Shown here one piece after another: positions 36,060 to 47,390 of a stretch of DNA of 64,000 nt. The DNA is from Macrostomum lignano. Taxonomy: Eukaryota. The notes below the pieces were generated by a model. The model worked only from the letters and a program-made list of their open reading frames with translations. It was not told the DNA's origin and made no database searches. The stretch lies in contig NIVC01000099.1 of assembly GCA_002269645.1 (NCBI GenBank), forward strand, positions 1 to 64,000. Direction: 5' to 3'. Position 1 is the first letter of the stretch, and each line of letters starts with the position of its first letter. The position numbers and the translations under genes were made by a program.

Positions 36060-36936
36060 GGCTGCAGCCCCGCCCTCCCGGTCATGCAGCCGCCATCCTC
36101 CTCGTCATGCAGCCCCAACCCTCCCGGTCATGCAGCCCCCACCCTCCTTGTCATGCAGCCCCCACCCTCCTCGTCATGCAGCCCCTACCTTTCCGGTCAT
36201 GCAGCCCATCCCTCCCGGTCATGCAACCCCCACCCTCCTGGTCATGGAAGCCACCCTCTTGGTCAGGCAGCCCCCACCCTCCTTGTCATGCAGCCCCCAC
36301 CCTCCTCGTCATGCAGCCCCTACCTTTCCGGTCATGCAGCCCATCCCTCCCGGTCATGCAGCCCATCCTCCCGTCATGCAGCCCATCCCTCCCGGTCATG
36401 CAGCCCATCCCTCCTGGTCATGCAGCCCATCCCTCCCGGTCATGCAGCCCCACCCTCCCGGTCATGCAGCCCATCCCTCCTGGTCATGCAGCCCCGACCC
36501 TCCCGGTCATGCAGCCCCCACCCTCCCGGTCATGCAGCCCCCACCCTCCCGGTCATGCAGCCCATCCCTCCCGGTCATGCAGCCCATCCCTCCCGGTCAT
36601 GCAGCCCATCCCTCCCGGTCATGCAGCCCATCCCTCCTGGTCATGCAGCCTATCCCTCCCGGTCATGCAGCCCATCCCTCCTGGTCATGCAGCGTATCCC
36701 TCCCGGTCATGCAGCCCCCACCCTCCCGGTCATGCAGCCCCCACCCTCCCGGTCATGCAGCCCCCACCCTCCCGGTCATGCAGCCCCCACCCTCCCGGTC
36801 ATGCAGCCCATCCCTCCCGGTCATGCAGCCCATCCCTCCCGGTCATGCAGCCCATCCCTCCCGGTCATGCAGCCCCCACCCTCCCGGTCATGCAGCCCAT
36901 CCCTCCTGGTCATGCAGCCCATCCCTCCCGGTCATG
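36060..36936. repeat. 22-25-bp minisatellite (CATGCAGCCCATCCCTCCCGGT)n in CNOT2 intron
   Basis: Tandem copies. Confidence 0.93.
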
Positions 36937-36953
36937 GCAGAGCCGCCACTCAC

Positions 36954-37423
36954 CCTTGCTGGGTCATCGGCAGGCCGACGCCATTGGGGTCCACGCCGCG
37001 CCCGATGAACCTGGTGTCCTCGCGGTTCTCCTCGCACAGCCGAATGAAGGACAGCAGGCCGAGCATGCCAAACCTGTCCCGGATGACGCGGCTGCCGCTG
37101 CCTCCGCCACCGCCGCAATCGATAGAAAAGCGCGCCAGTTCGTCCACGAGCTCCTCCCGGTCGCCGCTCAGGCCGCTTGGAGCGGCGGGCAGAGCCGGGA
37201 AATCCTCCTGCTGGATGGAGAACTCGGCAGAAGCGGCTCCCGGATTTCTGCTCACAGCGGCAACAAAGCTGGGCATGGCGGAGTGCGGCTGCTGCGGCTC
37301 CCTGCTTGACCGGCGCGAGTGTCGCCGCCTGCGTCGCTTCTCGCCCTCGCCCTCCTTGTTACTATTGGCGTGATGCTTATTGCCAGCCAGTTGGCCACTG
37401 AGCCTGTCTTCTTTTGCAAGCAA
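36954..37423 (-). CDS. CNOT2: CNOT2 exon 1
   Basis: EFSIQQEDFPALP and DRFGMLGLLSFIR motifs. GG|GTGAGT donor. First in-frame ATG is 37276, but the ORF is open from an acceptor at 37424. Confidence 0.85.
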
Positions 37424-37774
37424 CTGCGAATTCGGCTTCAGGCTGGCAATGGAGAAGCTGTTTGCTGAGCTAGGAATTTTGACAGCGTACTGGATTTATG
37501 TAAGGCCAGAATGCAGATAGGCTTTTATAGTGGCTGGCCACCTGGAATGGTTCTGCATTGCATTTAGTCAAATATGACTGCATGCATCCCACTGCGGGAT
37601 TATAACAGCAATAAAGGTGCAGATTGTTTTCCTATTTGCAATACAAAACAAAGTTCTTCCATTCAAGCAAACTCTCATATGTATTATGTATGAATAATAA
37701 TGCCATAAATATTTCCATTTCAATTAAATTTTCCTTCTATATAAAACATTGAATCAAATATAAATGTACATACG

Positions 37775-39212
37775 TAGGGGCGTTCGGGGTTCGGGGTCCC
37801 GATGAATGTTCGGGATCGGGGTTCGGGGTCCCGATGAATGTTCGGGATCGGGGTTCGGGACGGGATTTTGGACCGGGATTTCGGGGTTTTCGGGGTTTCG
37901 AAAATTTTCTGAATTCCCATAGAACTACGAAAAAATCCTTATGAATTAGAATATCGTCCTCTATGGTCTGCGGCAATTTCTTTCTGCTGATGTTGACGGC
38001 GTCGGTCGATCCATTCGGAGGCGGCTTATGGAGCAGCTGAACAAGTGCACGCTTGAGTGCAAAGACTTCAACATCTTGTTCTACAAGACCGCTGCTTTTC
38101 TAGACAATACCATCGCCGCATCGCCTCATCTAAACCTGGGTGACATGGTGGACATCCAAAACCGTCTCAAGAGTGAGGTCATCTGGAGCCTTGAGCAGGA
38201 GCTTTCTGGGCAAGATGCCGCTGCTGCTGCCAGCAGCGCAAATACAATGGCCGCTACCGAGGAGAGGCACGATTATGTCATTTCGGGTACTGAAGAGAGC
38301 TCTGGATGCAAGTTTTTGCAGTTCTGCAGATTATCTGGAAGTACCACTCACGAGTGCAATGCGACTGCGAGTGCATCGAACTCCGGCGCCAGAGGAGACG
38401 CGAGGAAGAAGGAAGCGAGGCGCAGAGCAGCTGATCAGCTTTCTCTGTACAGGAGTCTGGCGCAGCAGAATTTTCAGGTAGCAGTCAGCGAATTCTGGAA
38501 GCAGAACTCCGCTAATCTTCCAGAGCTGGCAGAGCTCGCTAAGCTTCACCTCACTGCCCCAGCATCATCTGTCCCATCAGAGTGCGCCTTCAGTTATTCT
38601 ATTATCACTTGGTAGTCTGATCATTTAGATTGGATGACATGAGAATTCAAATTATTTTAGTGTTTACTAGCGTCAACATGCATCAATGGCAATGCCACCA
38701 AAGACTAAGTAAACGAGATTAAGAAAAAGAGAGATTGATTCTTCATTGATAAGATAGCTTCCATCTCTGCAGAGAAAGAGGCACATGATGTTTCACACGT
38801 GAAACACATCAAAATTGTTGCACAATGAACACAACCGTTGAGTTTGTAAGTTCGTTAGTACGTATTTTGTATTAGTAATCGATGGAATTGAATAATATAC
38901 TGAATAAATAGTGATTCACTATTGGAAAAAGAAAACAAAGGAAATGCAACCTGCCTTAAATTTATTTCACATTAATTTTAAGTTGAACTGAAAGTCTGAA
39001 CAGACTAATAGTTGTAAGTAGCCGTCAATACCACTTATTATTTCATGCTATTGCTTACTTCGGGGTTATCGGGGTTTGGGGTCGGGATTAGGGTTTGGGA
39101 CAGGGTTCAGGGTTCCCGATAAATGTTCGGGATGGGGTTCGGGATTCCCGAAAGATGTTTGGGATCAGGGTTAAACCCAAACCCCAAAAAAATGCCATCC
39201 CAAACACCCCTA
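37775..39212 (+). mobile_element. Internally deleted hAT DNA transposon
   Basis: TIR TAGGGGYGTTYGGG, 8-bp TSD TACATACG/TACATATG, subterminal CGGG repeats and a transposase fragment. Confidence 0.88.
38028..38615 (+). pseudogene. hAT transposase C-terminal dimerisation-domain fragment
   Basis: FWKQNSANLPELAELAKLHLTAPASSVPSECAFS matches the hATC motif. Confidence 0.85.
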
Positions 39213-42200
39213 TACATATGGCATCTTCTAGCAATTATGGTTATGCAATTAATTATTGATTATGGTTAAACCCTTGCTAAGTACAAATTTATTATTTTAT
39301 CAAAGCATATATTTTAAATCTTAATATAAATGACATATTGCTTGGCAATATTATTTATCCTTTATAACAGGTTTTATTAATCTATTATCTTTATTAGCTA
39401 ACTATATCTTATAGTATTGTATATAACATTATTTTTATACCAAGTAGTTAGTTAGCCTTTGTTAAAGTAGAACAAAAGCCAAAGGCTTTAATTATATTAA
39501 GCTTCTATAAAGTAATCAATATTTATGAAACCCTAGCCAATATTGTCTCATTTGTCTGCATCTTTAAACTATTGTAGTTTAAAACTCCAATTTATTTTTT
39601 ACCATATTTAATAAGCTAAGAATGATAAAAGGACAAAATGAATGAGTTGTACTATGTATTTTTTATTACTTTTAGGCATGGGATATTTATACCTAAAGTG
39701 ATTAGCCAAGATATAAAGATATTTTTGCTACAGTGTGTCACACTTGTTATTTGGGTTTGGAAATATTTGCTTGGCTTTTACATTTAGTAGCACTTGCCAT
39801 TTGTGTGCTTAGCTATATTAGGTTAGGACCTATACTATCTAAGTCCCTGTCATAAGCTACAAAGTTATATACTATTGTGCAACTATAATATCATTTTTTC
39901 CTTTTTGCCACATTATGCTACACTGCCAAAGAGACCTATCTATAAAGTATAGCATTATAGATTTACCTAGCTATTTTTATTGGTAACATAGTAACTTACA
40001 TGTGTGTGTTGCCAATATGGCTAGGTCCCAGGTGATTTTCAAGGTTGCACATATAGATATATCCTATATATAGGATGCTTACTGTCTAGGAGATGCTTGC
40101 TATTTGGGAGATATTTATGGGATGGGAAAGTAAATATTGCTAGTTTTATTTATATGGTAACTGAAATATAAATCATACATGCGCAATCCCCTTGATTTAT
40201 ACTAGCCATGCAACTTAATTTTTTTACTAAAAATATAACTTAGGATACCTATTAAAAAACCCTAAAGCAAAAACAATAGTAATACAACTTTGGATAAATG
40301 GAGGAGTAACTATTACTGCCTTATTAAGGCTAAATGCCTCATAAGCTAATTAGTGCTATATCTGTATTCTTTGTTGGGATGGGGATAGCGCTATATATGA
40401 CCACCTCCTGATATGTAATCAATGCACTAAAGTTAGACGCTAAGAAATTTGAAATTATCGATTGTAACCATTAGAATATAAAGTTGTCTACTCTTGGTCT
40501 TGGGGCATTGTACATTAAACAGCTAAAGGCAAAGCCCACCATGAATATCCAACTTGGTGGTAGAGGGGCGAATGTCCATCTAAGGATGTTCTGACCCAAT
40601 GTGCTTGCCTCTTATTTAGGGCCATCTAACTCTGCTACTTATACTTGCATCATTTTGGCTTACTAGACTTAAAAATTTACCATCTTTCTGATCTATATTT
40701 TGCCTGAAGATGCCAATTGTTCAACAAAACATGTTGTGCAAAGATTAGGCCCTAATAAATTGTAATTTCATAGCCATCATAGCCATAGGCCTATTATTAA
40801 AGAAAAAATGAGAATATCTACCATGCAACTTCTAGACCTCCACAAACTGACAAATATGGCCTAGGCTAGGCCCTACCACTACCAGTCTTAATCCTAGATC
40901 TAGGCTAGCCCTAGCTAGGCCTAAGTATTTGACTTATCTAGCATTCTGCTTAAAAAGCCTAAATTACAGACATTTTTTTATATTAGGCCTGGCCAATCTT
41001 TCAATGCAACTCAAATGTCAATGTCAGAAATTCAGAATCAAATGCCAGTGAAATAGTGTCATGAAAATTGAAATAAGCTTACAATAGCTATAAGCTATAT
41101 CCCCAGTATATATGGCTTGGCCTTGCAGTTGCAGTTGCACCATCATTGATTTGTCATTCGCCACTTTACATTTACATATACTAAATTGCTAAATTAAATA
41201 TCTTCCCATACTACAATTATCCATTAGGCTAGACCTAAGAGTTAGGTGGGAGGGGGGAGGCAGATGCATGACTGTCTACTCATGCAGTTCGCTTGATTTA
41301 GTGAACTACGGAAATATTTTAAGGGTCATTAAAAAGTAGCAATAAAGTCTTTAATTTTGTGACAATAAAAAATTTTAAACCACAGGTAAAAAAGCATAAG
41401 TTTCTAAACTAATAGTCTTTTTTATTCGCAGTAAGCTTGCTATGTGTTGTTTTAATGACTTTTAATTACATTGCTAAAACTTAAAATGTTTTTTTTCTTC
41501 GAAAGCAAATGCCATATTTATAAATCATTCCAGTCTTGTCGTCTAAATTTTTCCATTTTTCAGGCATCAAACATCGCTCCTAAATTAGACACCATTGTTT
41601 CTGAATGAAACGCTACTTATCGCCTAAGTGAAAAATTTCCTTGTTCCTGGAATGATCTGTTGCCAAAAGGCTTGGCACCCACAATGCCAATACATAACAT
41701 CAGATAGCCATGACATGACAGATGACAAGTGACAACAATAGTTTGAAACAATTGTTCATATTAAGCTCATTTTTTTATAATTTATTCTAAAGTAAATGAG
41801 AATGCTGCTGAAAATAAAATGCTCTTATTTTGTTTTTATATACAGTGTATATGGCCTATTCTATAGCTTCATTAAATTTACAAAATCTGTTTTCTTGTCT
41901 TTTTTTCTTATATATGAGCTGAGCAAAGTCACTAAGCTATATCATTTAATAGTTTTTACAGCTATAGATATATTAATATCATACATTATTTAATGATTTA
42001 TACTGTTATGAGTACTAAGACCTAAGATTTTGAATATTGCCTATTTTTACCTTGAATTTAAAATTTTGAAATTTTAAAAATTTGAACTTCACCTTGAATG
42101 TTATAGTTACAGTAGGCCTATAAAATAGTTTTATAGCATGAGTTAATTTTGACATCTTTATTTTTATATTCTATAGGACAAATGTAAAGGGATCGTAAGA

Positions 42201-42999
42201 TGAAAGAATGCCATAGTTTTAAAGCATGAGTTAATTTTGACATCTTTATTTTTAATTATAATTTTTATATAGGCCATGGACATAGCTAATAGCATATAAA
42301 GAGTATATATCTTAGGCATTGATCATAGAAATATTACTTATGAGTGTAGTTTTAATTTGAGATTTTTATTAATCTTTTTTATGGGTTAGGACACAGAAAA
42401 GTTGCATAGAAATGGCACATAGATAGTGCATAGATTTCCTTCTAAAAATGTATTCTGCAGTTCATATTATTATCTTGATTATGGATTGGTAAAAATAGAG
42501 CTATAAAAGAGTTGAAGTAATAATTAAGCTGTTTCACTGTGTCTGTATTATGGCTGTAATCTCTTTGCCTATAGGAGCAGATCTAGAAAACATTTGAGGT
42601 GGCCAACCTATATGATATTAAGCCATTTTAAAAATAATATAGTAGCTAAAAATTATAAAATATAGTGAAGTACATGGTAACAATTTCATATACTTGTAGT
42701 ATAGACATGTATAGTGAAGTGACGGTTGTCTGGTTTGTGAGCTGGGTAACTGTGGGGGGCTTGTTTATTTAACTTCGCTTAGTCACCTTGTTTGTAGCTT
42801 GCAATCTGCGTGTACTCAGTAAATCATTGTGTACTCTATGCGTACTCTACTCTGTTCCACGTGCATCATTGCGCTAGCCATTGCCTCACCCCTTAAGTCT
42901 CTACCATTTTGTACTCTCTCCACTCACGGTGTCAGTGTATCTGTGAAATCCAATATTTACAATATTTAAGCTATTTCTCTCGGTCTTCAACTCATCAAG

Positions 43000-43700
43000 T
43001 ACCTAAGCTATTTTACAAATATATCGCAAGCATTCACATTCGTTGTTAAACAACAATCAGCTCCTGACTTTCGCATCACGTCATATAGAATGTATGTGTA
43101 CTAGGGATTTTTTCTCTATATTTACGAATTGTCCTAAAGCTGTTACTGAGTTGTACTAGGGCTATACTTCTTTCTATATTAAATGTCCTATTGTTGTTGA
43201 CTGCCACCAAGACTATTCTATTAATAAATTATAATCCGAGTCTAAGTATATATCCAAGTATTTGTCTGGTTATTTATCTAAGCATTAGTCTGAGTATATA
43301 CTACTATTTAGCCATTACAAGTATCATTCTTCTGTTATTCTAGTAGTGTTCTACTAGTAATTTGGCCTGAGTGGTGTATTGGTCTACGGGTATGTGTACT
43401 TTATGTATTTCTAGTCCCAGGCATTACCAAGATCAAAGGGTCACAGCCTCTGTTTATTCTTGTATGTATAAATTTAGGATCTACTTTGTTTTTTTCTACT
43501 ACTTTACCTCTCAGTAGTATATACTATATATGCTTTGGTCTATTTCACTCTACTCTGCAAATAATTGACTTGAAATACACTTCTTGAATATTTCTTGAAA
43601 ACTCACTATTATATGTTCACTATTAATCTTGCTTTGAGACTTGAGTCCGCAAACAAAGTTGCCTCTTCTGGCTCCAAAAACTCATCTATTTATACTAGCT
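43000..43700 (-). mobile_element. Heavily decayed non-LTR retrotransposon RT remnant (extent approximate)
   Basis: KYLDIYLDSDYNL at 43263-43225 resembles the LINE RT KYLGxxLD motif; the frame is full of TAG/TAA stops. Confidence 0.4.
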
Positions 43701-44088
43701 TTGATTGTTGTTTGAAACAAAAAATAAATTAGAGAAATATTTCTGAAAATATGAATAGTAAAAAAAGTTTTTCTTAGTTTTGTGCAAGTTTGAAATGCGT
43801 ACAGACAGATGATTTTGTACATAAAATGAGAGGGGCTTTTTACACATGTATATCATACAATTCTACCTCATGTTATACCAAACCAAGCTATTGTTAAATA
43901 AATGGGAGATTCAAGAAAAAACCCTTTATTGTTGATTAAAATGCCAAAAAAACTTTTTGGTAGGTTTGGGCCAACAAAACCTTTTTGGGATATCATGTGT
44001 AGCACTATGCAATGTGCATTTATGCCATTAATTCTGGCCCCAATTCTGATCATATAAACAATTAAATTAAATCATTGTTTTCTGTCAG

Positions 44089-44798
44089 ACTTGACTCATC
44101 AGGGTTCAGGCATTGTTGCCACTAGCCAATCAGGCTTGGAATCTGTGGCTGCCATTGTGCAAGAAATTCTAGCTCTACAATCGCGGCGGTGCTTGGCTCA
44201 TGACCAGCTGAGTAGGGCATTTCGTCGTTATCTTAGTTCTGCTACTGACACAGGAGCTGGCGCTGACTCAGGTGCCATCGTGAGCACAAGTGCCAATGGT
44301 CACAATGGGAGCCCAGCTGACACAGGAGCTGGCGCTGACTCAGGTGCCATCGTGAGCACAAGTGCCAATGGTCACAATGGGAGCCCAGCTGACACAGGAG
44401 CTGGCGCTGACTCAGGTGCCATCGTGAGCACAAGTGCCAATGGTCACAATGGGAGCCCAGCTGCCGCAAACGCAGAGACAGTTTACCTGACTGCCATCCA
44501 AGAGTGCACCACCCAGTTCGGCAGCATTTCCAATGACTTCCTGGAGCTGATGCGGCGGCTCAGGCAGCTGGACAGCGACTCCGCGGTCAGTCAGCGGCCT
44601 GCTGAGCTGCTACTGCGGCACGCTGAGAAGCTGCAAGACTTGGAGGCCCAGCGACTCCGCGTCACTGTAGACTGGCAGCACGCCGCTTGCCGATGCACGG
44701 ACGATTCAGATGAGCATCAGCTGCGGCTGCATCTGCGCCAGCTCGCTGATGAACTCGACGAGGTTGTGGAAGCCGTCAAACTGGACTTTGATGACTGA
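44089..44798 (+). CDS. REX1-B domain protein (C19orf60/REX1BD-like); start unresolved
   Basis: IVQEILALQSRR..AFRRYL..YLTAIQECTTQF..ISNDF..LQDLEAQRLRVT..LDEVVEAVKLDFD follows the REX1-B pattern. No upstream in-frame ATG. Confidence 0.65.
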
Positions 44799-44853
44799 CG
44801 ATGTCGGATGCTGATCAATTGATTGTTTATTGATAACTGTCGCTTTTAATCGT

Positions 44854-45010
44854 CAGGGGCGTCGCCATTGATTTTATGGTGGGGGAACAAAGGGAACAAG
44901 GGGGGGGTGACTATTAAATGCCTACATGTACCTGTACATTATTTTTAGAATCGGTGTTTACAGCGCTCATTTTGGCGCCACAGGCACTCATTTTGGCGTC
45001 ACAGGCCCTC
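44854..45010. mobile_element. Truncated copy of the 59066-59449 hAT MITE family
   Basis: Starts CAGGGGCGTCGCCATTGATTTTATGGTGGGG, matching the reverse complement of the MITE right end. The second TIR was not found. Confidence 0.6.
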
Positions 45011-46156
45011 ATCCTTATTTTGGTGCTGCAGGTGCGGGCCCATGACAATTGCCCGGCGATATTTGCCTGCAGTGCAGATTTTGTCTGCATTGCCCTCCAA
45101 TGTTTAGTACAGTGTATGTCTTAATAGAGATTTACCCGATCCTCATACCAACGTTTTGATCACAGAATATACTATGCGTTTTGATAGTAACTGTATATCA
45201 AATTCATATTTTCTTGTAGGCATTCCCCAGTTCTATATACTGTACATACATGCAGCGGTACAGTACATGATTCATGCCGTGTCGCTTTGTCCCCCAAATC
45301 TATTTATTAAGACTGCGGTACTCCGGATTGGGGGTGGCAATGCAGACAGAATCTATAATGCGCTGCTGGAAAAAAATTTCTGAGCAAACCTCGGCGAGCT
45401 TTTTGTACATATCTGGTTGCCTGTATTTCTACATAACAATGAATTGAAGTTGGTCTGTTAAAACTTACGACAATTAATTCAAATACAAATACATTAAAAT
45501 ATCCATGTTGATCTTTTAAAAAAATTGCATTTCATTAGAATCATGTCAATCAGTTGCAAGCTTTGTTGATCCAGTAATGTCTACTTCATGGTTTAGCCCG
45601 AATAGCTTTTAGAATGTACACACGCACAATGCATGTGCAAGAATATTTAATGTCCGGCTTAAATGTGATACAGTATGTGAAAGTACGTATTTATTAATTC
45701 GCTTCCAAATTCACAAGCATTGTAGGTCTTAAATTGCGATCTGGGTTAACTAAGAACCGCAAGACTGTCCCAGTCACAAGACTGAGCATTCATTTGGTGA
45801 CTCTAAAAGGGCCGTTTTATTTTTTCTAGTCCTCTACTAGATTAACGGAATAGTATTACAACTAGGGCCTAACCTCATTGATTAAATGAAGAATTGCTGC
45901 CAGAAATGGTTATTTCAATTGTAGGTTTAGTATTACATTTAAAATTTGATGCGGCAATGCTCATGCTGTCTGTAGTGTAGCTGCATTGTAGACTGAAATT
46001 GGCCCTACGTGTCGTGTTGCAATGTATTTACATGTAAACATGCAGTTAAGCATATTCACCAGTTTTAGTATCAATAAATTTAAAACAGACTTCCACAAAC
46101 GACGAACAGGAGCAGTTTTTAACGAAGAACGACAGCAAGCACAATCCGTATGTGGT

Positions 46157-46172
46157 GGCCCTGAAAAGGGCC
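46157..46172 (-). terminator. Histone 3' stem-loop of H2B
   Basis: AAAAC-GGCCCTTTTCAGGGCC-ACCAC. Confidence 0.95.
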
Positions 46173-46252
46173 GTTTTATCGTTCAGATTAGATTAGCCTA
46201 GGCACGGCTAGTTGATCGCCACTTTTACCAGACGCCTTGCAAATTGCAAAGT

Positions 46253-46618
46253 TTACTTGGCGCTGGTGTACTTAGTGACGGCCTTGGTGCCCTCGCTGAC
46301 GGCGTGCTTGGCCAGCTCGCCAGGCAGCAGCAGGCGGACAGCAGTCTGGATCTCGCGGCTGCTGATGGTGCTGCGCTTGTTGTAGTGAGCCAGACGGCTG
46401 GCCTCGCCGGCGATGCGCTCGAAGACGTCATTGACGAAGCTGTTCATGATCATCATCGCCTTGCTGGAGATGCCAGTGTCCGGGTGCACCTGGCGCAGCA
46501 CCTTGTAGATGTAGATTGCGTAGGACTCCTTCCTACGCCTCTTCCTCTTCTTGTCCGTCTTCGGAGCCTTGGCCTTGCTAGCCTTCTTGGCAGCTTTACC
46601 ACTAACCTTAGGAGGCAT
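46253..46618 (-). CDS. H2B: Histone H2B
   Basis: [41 protein letters not shown]; intronless; has a stem-loop. Confidence 0.97.
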   Translation of the reverse strand: MPPKVSGKAAKKASKAKAPKTDKKRKRRRKESYAIYIYKVLRQVHPDTGISSKAMMIMNSFVNDVFERIAGEASRLAHYNKRSTISSREIQTAVRLLLPGELAKHAVSEGTKAVTKYTSAK

Positions 46619-47017
46619 TTCAACCGGATTTTCTAAAGTGATACAAACGAGAAAATATGTGATCAAATTGAGTGTAACTGCTTTTACTATTTTCACGCTT
46701 TATTATATATTCTGGGTAGGTGGACCAGAAAACGAAATTTTATCAAGATCGATAATTTCAAACTTTGTATCAGCCAATGAGGGAGCTCCAAATTTCTAGC
46801 CTTGGTAATAAGAGTAATTTTCTTATCACACTACTATTAGTGGCATGTAAAGTTTTTTTCTTTAAGGTCTTGGCGAAAAACGGCAGAAAAAAGGTTGAAG
46901 AAACAAAGAAAAAAGTAACTTGGTAAATGGTAATGGATACTTATTTCAGTGGCGGCGCAGGGGGGGGGCAGCTGCCCTCGGGTGACCACAGGTCACTGCC
47001 TTAAGGGGGGTGACCAC

Positions 47018-47390
47018 GGGTCGCTTTCACAAGCCCTAAATTTCACAACGTCGCAAGACAAAAACTTTCATAAGCTCTAAATTTCATAAACCCTAATTTT
47101 CACATCGTCGAAAAGTTGTGCACAGTATTTCATAAGCTCTAAATTTCACAAGCTCTAAATTTCACAACGTCGAAAACAAAACTTGCATCAGACTGCATAA
47201 ACTATAAATTTCAGGGTTTGTGAAATTTAGGGTTTGTGAAATTTAGAGATAGTGAAATTTAGGGCTTTTGAAATTCTGTGCATGCCTTTTAGGTGTTATG
47301 AAATTTAGGGCTTGTGAAATTTAGGTCTTGTGAAATCTGCTGCATTGCTTATTTTCGACGTTGTGAAAATTAGGGTTTGTGAAACGACCC
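47018..47390. mobile_element. Foldback/MITE related to the 12483-13200 element
   Basis: Ends GGGTCGCTTTCACAAGCCCTAAATTTCACAACGTCG and CGACGTTGTGAAAATTAGGGTTTGTGAAACGACCC, with internal inverted repeat arrays. Confidence 0.72.
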
